Source: Tubiluchus corallicola (lineage: Eukaryota; Animalia; Priapulida). Taken from it: 33,920 nt of DNA. Below are positions 1 through 11,200 of the stretch, piece after piece. The notes below the pieces were generated by a model. The model had not been told where the DNA came from, did not search any database, and worked only from the letters and a program-made list of their open reading frames with translations. The stretch covers positions 1 to 33,920 of the forward strand of contig JAQGDQ010001581.1 in NCBI GenBank assembly GCA_030141605.1. The letters are read 5' to 3'. A program made the translations under genes and the position numbers. Positions within the stretch are counted from its first letter, which is position 1. Every line of letters starts with the position of its first letter.

Positions 1-191
1 TTAGGTTGAGTAGGAACGAGAAGTGAGTCGGGTTTAGGTTGAGTAGGGATGAGAAGTGAGTCGGGTTTAGGTTGAGTAGGGATGAGAAGTGAGTCGGGTT
101 TAGGTTGAGTAGGGATGAGAAGTGAGTCGGGTTTAGGTTGAGTAGGAATGAGAAGTGAGTCGGGTTTAGGTTGAGTAGGAATGAGAAGTGA
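1..191. repeat. 33-bp minisatellite (ttaggttgagtagggatgagaagtgagtcgggt), ~5.8 copies, truncated by window start
   Basis: Unit restarts at 1, 34, 67, 100, 133, 166. Confidence 0.95.
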
Positions 192-1012
192 GATTCGAGT
201 TTGTTTGAAAATCGTCTAATATAGAACTCAAAGTTGAAGATATTGAAATTCGATTCAGTTTGCATTTTAAACCCGCTCATGTTCGATTTGTGGTAGCGTT
301 TGCTCCCCACTTTTGGGCACTCAGAGCTTCTGGTGGAATTCTTTCTTTCTTCTGTCTTCTTCTTTCTTTCTTCTGTCTTTTTCTGTTTTCTTCTCCTGTC
401 TTCTGGCTACTAAATAAAATCTGAAAAATAAGTCAAATTGTAACCACAATGTTCATCTAATCACATATTTTTGCCATGTCAGAAGTTTGTAGACCCTGTC
501 CCGTGCACACAGTTAACTCCATTCGTCCAGATTTTATTACTTTTTTACAAAAACGTGATCAAGGCACACTTGCCGTCAGGAGAATTTTTGGGGAGAAGGG
601 CAAAAGGAAATTTGGCCCTCCCTCCTCCCTCCGTCCAATTCTCCAAATAATGATACTCAAACTATTTTCATAATTGCAGGGTAACGGTTATAAAATTAAT
701 TTTTCAGTAATTTTTGAACATTTTAAAGATGATTTGATAATAGAATATTAAAGTCTAGTATATTTACCGCTTGTTTTTATAAAAACAAAAAATTGATATT
801 TCACAGAATTTTTGATACATTTTACTCTGAAGCAGAATAACGTAGTTTTAACTATGCCGACTTTTGGACTGTTTTGGTTTGCAAGCACACATTTTATTTT
901 GTTTGCCTTGCTCAAGGTACACCATCTGTTTTCCCCTGTTGTGGGCCCTGGGTGCCACTTCGGCTGACCCCTCTCAGTGTTCCCGATCACAAGTGTTAAC
1001 ATTTGATTACAG

Positions 1013-1137
1013 ATGTGCTTATTTGCATTTGCAGCATTCGGATTTTGATCCAGACTTGTTTGCTTCATCTGGAAGTGACGTCGCTGAGACTCTAGAAATA
1101 CCTGAGATACTAAACATCCTAGACGATGAATTACCAG
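1013..1137 (+). CDS. TTC17: TTC17-like exon (CAYLHLQ...EIPEILNILDDELP)
   Basis: ttacAG acceptor at 1011-1012, G|GTATAA donor; phase-1 end joins the next exon in frame; only weak sequence similarity. Confidence 0.6.
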
Positions 1138-1868
1138 GTATAATGCTGAAAGAAATTACCTTTTAACTAAATCAAAATACATCGATGTCTTGGATGCTTG
1201 GATGTTTTGCAGTTTTTTTTAAAACAGAGCAATCAGTGAAACTTGAAGACTCACGATGATGTTGATGATGATGACGATGTTGATCATGGTAACTTGATGT
1301 CGTCTCAAACATGTAAGCTGTGTGGTAAAGTTGATTACACCATTTTCATTTCTTTCCTTTCAGATAATTTAATGATTTTGCCAGATTCTGATTATCAACC
1401 GTCTGAACTGCCTTCATGTTCCAACGTCCAGCGCATAGATCTTAATCAGTTTGCGAGCACTTGGTTGGCACCGACCACGAAAAATGTTGAGTAGGTATCA
1501 AATACTAAAGCCCATGACTACTTTGCAGTGTTTAAAGAGTGTAAATTACATTGTGAAGGCAACTTTAGTACTTTAAACTGCTGCTGAGTTCAATGTTCTT
1601 TCAGTAATACAGTGTCAAGAAATGATTGTCCCTGTGCAAGTAAGAAACTGAAAAATAGACAAAAATCAACAAAACTGTGAAAGAGAACATTTAATTCTTA
1701 ATTTAGGACACATATTTTAACACCACCTGGCTTTGCCGCCATTCATATCTCTGATGGCAATTAATTGATGGTGGTTAAAGTAAGTGAAAGAGAAGCGTGT
1801 GTGCATGTGTGTGTGCGTGTGTGTGTGTGTGTGCATGCGTGTGTGTGTGTGTGTGTGTGTGTGCGTGC

Positions 1869-1936
<68 letters not shown>

Positions 1937-2024
1937 GTGTGTGTGTGTGCGCGTGTGTGTGTGCGTGTGTGTGTGTGTTTGTGTGTGTGCTTGTGCATGC
2001 GTGTGTGTGTGTGTGTGTGCGTGC

Positions 2025-2055
<31 letters not shown>

Positions 2056-2247
2056 CGTGTGCTTGTACATGTGTGTGTGTGTGTGTGCGTGTGTGTGTGT
2101 GTGTGCGTGTGTGTGTGTGCGTGTGTGTGTGTGTTTGTGTGTGTGCTTGTGCATGCATGTGTGTGTGCGTGTGTGTGTGTGTTTGTGTGTGTGCTTGTGC
2201 ATGCGTGTGTGTGTGTGTGTGTGTGCGTGCTTGCGTGTGTGTGCTTG

Positions 2248-2290
<43 letters not shown>

Positions 2291-5200
2291 GTGTGTGCTT
2301 GGGCATGCGTGTGTGTGTGCTTGGGCGTGCGTGTGTGTGTGTGTTAGGCTAATAGTTGTAAGCATAATGTTTTTTATGTGAGAGGGGAGAAAGGTTAGAG
2401 GGGGATTGAGAGGGAGTGAGTAAGTGAATGAGAGAGAGAAAGAGAGAGAGATTGAGTGAGAGGGGGAAGGGGATAGGAGAGGGAGGGAGAGAAAGAGAGA
2501 GACTTATTTGTAATAACTCTGAGTCTAGTAGGTCTATTACTTCTTAACAGTAGGTCGTATGTTTGCTGAGCTGAAAGGCGAGCTGAACTGCACTGTATGA
2601 ATGTGAAAACAGTGAAATTGTACTTTGAGCAACTTGACGTATTACAAAGAGAAAGGTTCATTGGTCAAGTGCAAATTATTTTTGTATTTAAGCAGCAGGG
2701 GGGTTTCCATGGCTAAGTAAGAAAGTGGGTCAACTTTTACCTTAGCAGAGTTTGAAAAACAAATCTGCAGCCATTTCCACAACTCACATCCTGGTCGGTC
2801 TACCTTGAAGTGCAAATTATTTTTGTATTTAAGCAGCAGGGGGGTTTCCATGGCTAAGTAAGAAAGTGGGTCAACTTTTACCTTAGCAGAGTTTGAAAAA
2901 CAAATCTGCAGCCATTTCCACAAATCACATCCTGGTCGGTCTACCTTGTCATATTTATATATATTCTGTCCGTGTTTATGCAGCAAATGAGGCAAATTTC
3001 AGTTCATTAGTCTCACATTTTCTGCTTCTGTTTAGTGTGACCGACCATATAGATTTTACGCAAGACATCGGAAACCTACAGCCTCGGGAGCCCCACTGTC
3101 CATCTCCTGTTGAATTCAGTTTGGACATGTTTGACCATCTGACTGGAATCGCTGGTCGTGAACAACTTGCTTATATTGCTGAAACTGGCCTTAAAGACGT
3201 ACGTACTCTGTATTTCAGTGTCTAGAAAGCCTGTAGACTCAGTATTTCAGTGTCTATAAAGCCTGTAGACTCAGTATTTCAGTGTCTAGAAATCCTGTAG
3301 ACTCAGTATTTCAGTGTCTAGAAAGCCTGTAGACTCAGTATTTCAGTGTCTAGAAAGCCTGTAGACTCAGTATTTCAGTGTCTAGAAAGCCTGTAGACTC
3401 GGTATTTCAGTGTCTAGAAAGCCTGTAGACTCGGTATTTCAGTGTCTAGAAAGCCTGTAGACTCGGTATTTCAGTGTCTAGAAAGCCTGTAGACTCAGTA
3501 TTTCAGTGTCTAGAAAGCCTGTAGACTCAGTATTTCAGTGTCTAGAAAGCCTGTAGACTCGGTATTTCAGTGTCTAGAAAGCCTGTAGACTCGGTATTTC
3601 AGTGTCTAGAAAGCCTGTAGACTCAGTATTTCAGTGTCTAGAAAGCCTGTAGACTCAGTATTTCAGTGTCTAGAAAGCCTGTAGACTCAGTATTTCAGTG
3701 TCTAGAAAGCCTGTAGACTCAGTATTTCAGTGTCTAGAAAGCCTGTAGACTCAGTATTTCAGTGTCTAGAAAGCCTGTAGACTCGGTATTTCAGTGTCTA
3801 GAAAGCCTGTAGACTCGGTATTTCAGTGTCTAGAAAGCCTGTAGACTCGGTATTTCAGTGTCTAGAAAGCCTGTAGACTCGGTATTTCAGTGTCTAGAAA
3901 GCCTGTAGACTCGGTATTTCAGTGTCTAGAAAGCCTGTAGACTCGGTATTTCAGTGTCTAGAAAGCCTGTAGACTCGGTATTTCAGTGTCTAGAAAGCCT
4001 GTAGACTCAGTATTTCAGTGTCTAGAAAGCCTGTAGACTCAGTATTTCAGTGTCTAGAAAGCCTGTAGACTCGGTATTTCAGTGTCTAGAAAGCCTGTAG
4101 ACTCAGTATTTCAGTGTCTAGAAAGCCTGTAGACTCGATATTTCAGTGTCTAGAAAGCCTGTAGACTCAGTATTTCAGTGTCTAGAAAGCCTGTAGACTC
4201 CGTATTTCAGTGTCTAGAAAGCCTGTAGACTCGGTATTTCAGTGTCTAGAAAGCCTGTAGACTCAGTATTTCAGTGTCTAGAAAGCCTGTAGACTCAGTA
4301 TTTCAGTGTCTAGAAAGCCTGTAGACTCAGTATTTCAGTGTCTAGAAAGCCTGTAGACTCAGTATTTCAGTGTCTAGAAAGCCTGTAGACTCAGTATTTC
4401 AGTGTCTAGAAAGCCTGTAGACTCAGTATTTCAGTGTCTAAAAGCCTGTAGACTCAGTATTTCAGTGTCTAGAAAGCCTGTAGACTCAGTATTTCAGTGT
4501 CTAGAAAGCCTGTAGACTCAGTATTTCAGTGTCTAGAAAGCCTGTAGACTCGATATTTCAGTGTCTAGAAAGCCTGTAGACTCAGTATTTCAGTGTCTAG
4601 AAAGCCTGTAGACTCAGTATTTCAGTGTCTAGAAAGCCTGTAGACTCAGTATTTCAGTGTCTAGAAAGCCTGTAGACTCAGTATTTCAGTGTCTAGAAAG
4701 CCTGTAGACTCGATATTTCAGTGTCTAGAAAGCCTGTAGACTCAGTATTTCAGTGTCTAGAAAGCCTGTAGACTCAGTGTTTCAGTATAGGTAATGTTGG
4801 TAAGTTTTAAAAACATGCGAGAAAATTTGTCTAATCACCAAACAAAGGAGACAGGATGTCCCATGTTGCAAGAATTCAAGTAAAATGTATAGTGTAGTAT
4901 TTTGCTATACAGCCAAAAAACGTCTTTTTTATTTACCCTAGAAAAGTATAACTGGTAGCCGTATTCCACATAATGCATTTTCTTTTTTTGCAAGTAGATA
5001 CTATATTAGTTGTTCCACTGCAGCAGAAGAATTAACTGAAATACCAAATGACAAGTGGGAATATCAGTGTATATTTGGGGAATGTCAAATGACAAGTGGG
5101 AATATCAGTGTATATTTTTAACGAATGTCAAATGACAAGTGGGAATATCAGTGTATATTTGGGGAATGTCAAATGACAAGTGGGAATATCAGTGTATATT

Positions 5201-8200
5201 TGGGGAATGTCAAATGACTAGTGGGAATATCAGTGTATATTTAGGGAATGTCAAATGACAAGTGGGATTATCAGTGTATATTTGGGGAATGTCAAATGAC
5301 AAGTGGGAATATCAGTGTATATTTGGGGAATGTCAAATGACAAGTGGGATTATCAGTGTATATTTAGGGAATGTCAAATGACTAGTGGGAATATCAGTGT
5401 ATATTTAGGGAATGTCAAATGACTAGTGGGAATATCAGTGTATATTTGGGGAATGTTAAATGACTAGTGGGAATATCAGTGTATATTTGGGGAGTGTCAA
5501 ATGACAAGTGGGATTATCAGTGTATATTTAGGGAATGTCAAATGACTAGTGGGAATATCAGTGTATATTTGGGGAATGTCAAATGACAAGTGGGATTATC
5601 AGTGTATATTTAGGGAATGTTAAATGACTAGTGGGAATATCAGTGTATATTTAGGGAATGTCAAATGACAAGTGGGAATATCAGTGTATATTTAGGGAAT
5701 GTGTCAAATGAAAGTGGCAATATCTGTGTATATTTAGGTAATGTCAAATGACAAGTGGGATTATCAGTGTATATTTAGGGAATGTCAAATGACAAGTGGG
5801 AATATCAGTGTATATTTAGGGAATGTTAAATGACAAGTGGGAATATCAGTGTATATTTAGGGAATGTTAAATGACAAGTGGGAATATCAGTGTATGTTTA
5901 GGGAATGTGTCAAATGAAAGTGGCAATATCTGTGTATATTTAGGGAATGTCAAATGACAAATGGGAATATCAGTGTATATTTAGGGAATGTCAAATGACA
6001 AATGGGAATATCAGTGTATATTTAGTTAATGTCAAATGACAAATGGGAATATCAGTGTATATTTAGGGAATGTGTCAAATGAAAGTGGGAATATCAGTGT
6101 ATATTTAGGGAATGTCAAATCAGTGTATATTTAGGGAATGTCAAATGAAAGTGGGAATATCAGTGTATATTTAGGGAATGTCAAATCAGTGTATATTTGG
6201 GGAATGTCAAATGAAAGTGGGAATATCAGTGTATATTTAGGGAATGTCAAATCAGTGTATATTTAGGGAATGTCAAATGAAAGTGGGAATATCAGTGTAT
6301 ATTTAGGGAATGTCAAATGAAAGTGGGAATATCAGTGTATATTTAGGGAATGTGTCAAATGAAAGTGGGAATATCAGTGTATATTTAGGGAATGTCAAAT
6401 CAGTGTATATTTAGGGAATGTCAAATGAAAGTGGGAATATCAGTGTATATTTAGGGAATGTCAAATGAAAGTGGGAATATCAGTGTATATTTAGGGAATG
6501 TCAAATCAGTGTATATTTGGGGAATGTCAAATGAAAGTGGGAATATCAGTGTATATTTAGGGAATGTCAAATCAGTGTATATTTAGGGAATGTCAAATGA
6601 AAGTGGGAATATCAGTGTATATTTAGGGAATGTCAAATGAAAGTGGGAATATCAGTGTATATTTAGGGAATGTGTCAAATGAAAGTGGGAATATCAGTGT
6701 ATATTTAGGGAATGTCAAATCAGTGTATATTTGGGGAATGTCAAATAAAAAGTAGAACGTTTAAATTGTGTTAACTTTCACGTTCATTTGTGGAAAGACT
6801 TAGATTCTTGATTAATTGCAGAAATTGACGACTCTTTTGTTTTTCTAATCAGGTGTTGGAAATGCTCGGAGGAAAGAAAGAATCGCCAGGAGATGTTGGC
6901 ACTCGAATAGCACTTGCTTTGGATCAGGTACAATATTGCTAAAGCATTGAAACTATGATAACTACATTCTTACTAATGCCGTCTCTTATTCTGTTTACAT
7001 TACATTTTGTTGTAGATATGTTCCAACGGGCAAAAGAAATGAGATAAGAAGTTTTATTCATACTGCTAGGTTCAAGAGAGAGAGTTTCAAGAGAGAGTTT
7101 TATTCATTTTCCACATTGCATCATTACAATTAGCATTAAAATACAGATAATTTTCCATTTGAGTAAATATAAATATAAATATGAATAAATGCAATATTAT
7201 TAAGAAATTTCATAATGCGGGATATACATGTGCAAATTTCATTACAGAATAATTTTTTGATGCATACAGTTTGAGCCTAAAAGCATAGCTTGACAGGCCA
7301 AACTGTATGTGGAAATCTTAAAAAAAAATGGGGGGGGAGTAGTGAATGAAAGATGAAATGGAGCGAGAAACTAAGAAAAACTGTGATCATGGTTACAAAG
7401 CGTTCAGTATCCTGTTAAACATAGTCACGTTATATTAAGATTACTGTAGCAAAAAATGCAGGTTATTACCATTATCAAATTGTGTTACTCTTCAATACTT
7501 TTGAAATATTTCTTTTCTGACGGTTTTTTTAAAAGTTAAAAGGGAGTGACTACATTTCGAATTGCGGCTTAGTCTGTTCCATAGGACTGGTCCCATATAG
7601 CTAATGAAGTGTTTCGCCATATTTGTTCTACAACGTCTTGGTATATATTCATTATGTCTGGTATTGTATTTTTTTACATTTATCTTGACTGGATTTTCAA
7701 AAAAAGTTGGAAATAAGTTGTTGTTGGTTCTATACATGTATATACATCCATTAAAATTAATAACATCATCCAGAAGTAATATTTGACATTGCTTAAAATG
7801 TGTAGTAGTAATTGTGCTCCTTTTGTCTAGTTTGAAGATGACACGTAAAAATTTTCGTTGTAAAACTCTTAAGCATTCTAAATTTGTAGTATAAGTAAAG
7901 CCCCATAATGTTGTGCAGTAATTTAAATATGATAATATTAAACTGTTGTATAATGTTAGAAGATGTTCGGTGTTCAGAAAGTTTTTAATATATGAGATGA
8001 TACCTATATTTTTTGATATTTTTAATCTGATCATGAATATATGTGGTCGCCAGTCTAGATGCTCATTCAGTATTAATCCTAGAAATTTCAGTTCTTTTAC
8101 ACGTGTAATTCTTTTATGGTCTATTATTAAATCGTGGTTCGCCTGAATTGGTTTATTTCGGGATCTAAACAGAATGTATTTTGTTTTTGATGAATTTAGT

Positions 8201-11200
8201 GAAAGTTTATTTGTTTTGAACCATATAGCTAGATCACGTAGAACTGTATTTATGTAGTCAATATTGGTTTCTATTTTATGAAAGCTAAAAAAAATGCTTG
8301 TATCATCAGCAAACTGAAATAAATTGTGATTTTTAACACAAAATTTGATGTCATTAATATAAATTAGAAAAAGTAGTGGCCCGAGGACTGAGCCTTGGGG
8401 CACGCCACATTTGATTGTTGTTACATCTGAAAAAGCGTTATTATATTTTACTGTCTGATATACAGGTTGTATACAGGGCCGGGTTATGACCTTTTGGGAT
8501 CCCAGGGCTAATGAAATTATGCCCCCCCAAGCTCACCGCACCATCTTAAATATTTTTAACTTATGATAAATCTTGAACTAAAGGCTTCAAAAAGGGGCTC
8601 CTTATCTCAAACAAGAACCCTTATCTCAAACAAGGACGCTTATCTCAAACAAGGACCCTTATCTCAAACAAGAACCCTTATCTCAAACAAGGACCCTTAT
8701 CTCAAACAAGGATCCTTATCTCAAGTAAAAGGCCCTTATCTCAAACAAGGACCCTTATCGGAAGCAAGGACCCTTATCCCAAACAAGGACCCTTATCTCA
8801 AACAAGGACCCTTATCTCAAACAAGGACCCTTAATCTCAAACAAGGACCCTTATCTCAAACAAGGACCCTTATCTCAAACAAGGACCCTTATCTCAAGTA
8901 AAAGGCCCTTATCTCAAACAAGGACCCTTATCTGAAACAAGGACCCTTATCTCAAACAAGTACCCTTAATCTCAAACAAGGACCCTTATCTCAAACAAGG
9001 ACCCTTATCTCAAACAAGGACACTTATCTCAAACAAGGACCCTTATCTCAAACAAGGACACTTATCTCAAACAAGGACCCCTATCTCAAACAAGAACCCC
9101 TATCTCAAACAAAACCCCTTATCTCAAACAAGGACCCTTATCTCAAACAAGAACCCTTAATCTCAAACAAGAACCCTTATCTCAAACAAGAACCCTTATC
9201 TCAAACAAGACCCTTATCTCAAACAAGGACCCTTATCTCAAACAGGGACCCTTATCTCAAACAAGAACCCTTATCTCAAACAAGAACCCTTATCTCAAAC
9301 AAGGACCCTTATCTCAAACAAGGACCCTTATCTCAAACAAGAACCCTTAATCTCAAACAAGAACCCTTATCTCAAACAAGAACCCTTATCTCAAACAAGG
9401 ACCCTTATCTCAAACAAGAACCCTTATCTCAAACAAGAACCCTTATCTCAAACAAGGACCCTTAATCTCAAACAAGGACCCTTATCTCAAACAAGGACCC
9501 TTATCTCAAACAAGAACCCTTATCTCAAACAAGGACCCTTATCTCAAACAAGAACCCTTATCTCAAACAAGAATCCTTGTCTCAAACAAGAACCCTTATC
9601 TCAAGCAAGGACCCTTATCTCAAACAACGACCCTTATCTCAAACAAGGACCCTTATATCAAATAAAAGGCCCTAAATAGTGGCCATTTATTTCTATACGG
9701 GGGTTTCAGACTCGCAGGGCTTCCTTTTCTAAAGTTGAAATTTCATTTTAAGTTTAATGAATTATTCGGCAATGCGTAATATTAAAATATTATGATCATT
9801 TTTCATTAAAAATTATTCGAACATTTTCTATCAGCTTGATGGGTTCTAGGGTGCAGCCTGTAGGATAATCTGTTCCTGGTCGTATAGTAACAGTGCAGAG
9901 CAATTTATTACATGAAAATATTGCCTAGACAATAGAGACTGTATCGTGCCCTCATAATTTGGCGAGGAAGCCTTATACACATTGCACAGCTTGCATTCTT
10001 GAGGTGTATGATCAGAGCAGTGACTAAAAAACTCTGGGTTTAATTTATTTCAATTGAACTGAATGGCTTGGAAATTCACCAGACCTCGAGCACCCGCCAA
10101 AGACATTGTAGCCGTCCTGAAAGACAGACTGGATGTTAAGAGACGACTAGGAGATGTTAGGATGCCAGAGACGATAAAAAACTTGCACACTCTGATCAGT
10201 ATTCAACAGACAAGGAAGGTCCTGAGACATTGGCAAGATGTGTTTGAGGGTTTTGAGTTTTTCCAAGTCACTGCTTCAATTATACCCTCAAGACTGCAGA
10301 CTGTGTGAGACATACGAGGCTTCCACACCAACTTTCAATGGCATCACAGATTTGCTATTGTTTCATCAACACTTTCATATAATAAGTTGTTCTGTGCTGT
10401 GTTATTTTTTGTGCCCATTTTTATCAAAAGGTTGTGTACCTCCTTGTACGTTGCATATTGCCTTCCAGCACTTATTGGTAGAGTTAATGTTTATTATTTT
10501 TGATTGTGAAGTAGCACTGCTGAAGTATTCATGCATATTTCCCTCAACAAGAAAATAACAGAGATAGTGTGCCGAAGCTGCCAAAAAGTGATTTTTCCCC
10601 TATCATCACCCATCCATTTGCCACCTAGGCTCAGGGTTGTATAACTTTTGTTGCTACGTACATTTTGGGTTTAGTTAGCCTAAACCTTTGCACTGTCAAA
10701 CTGTCTCAGTTAGTTCTAAAACGTGAAAAATGTGAAAAATATCTGCTAAAGAGTATCGAGGCTGCTCTGGAGAAGATGGTGTAAGAAAATTACTTGTTTT
10801 TTGCTGAGAAATATCAATGTAAAAAAAGAGTTTCATTAAGGAAATAAGTCAAGGAGTCGTTCTTTTGTGCTGAAACGTTGAAAATTTATCAATATAATAA
10901 CTATGCATATAGAATGGTAACAGTGTACCACTTACTCACGTTAGCAACTGTGAGTATAGACTATAGCTAAATTGATGTCTTTCTTTTGATCACGACTGTT
11001 TTGTTTTTTCAAGAACTCAACCTCGTGGGTAGCTAACACAATGGCAGCTCTCTACTGGCGCGTGCATGGTGACGCCGTACGTGCTATAGAGTGTCTACGT
11101 CAGGCGCTACACCACGTGCCCCGACACTACAAGGTACGTTGCACATCATTTTGCCTTTTGTTGATGATGGTGGATGATGATGATCGTGAAAGATGATGAT

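Noticed and set aside
1-191. Telomeric (TTAGG) repeat
   Set aside because: TTAGG occurs only once per 33-bp unit; not a telomeric tract.
1717-2381. Six overlapping 160-196 aa ORFs rich in HT or CV
   Set aside because: Translations of a (GT)n microsatellite.
3210-4786. CRISPR-like array (32-bp repeat with a short palindrome)
   Set aside because: Units are head-to-tail with no unique spacers, there are no cas genes, and the context is a eukaryotic intron. The same applies to the 34-, 41-, 46- and 61-bp arrays.
8563-8901. 112-aa repetitive ORF
   Set aside because: Read-through of the 19-bp array; no splice or homology support.
10063-10340. Possible Gypsy pol remnant (DVFEG motif)
   Set aside because: Only a five-residue resemblance; not supportable without a search.
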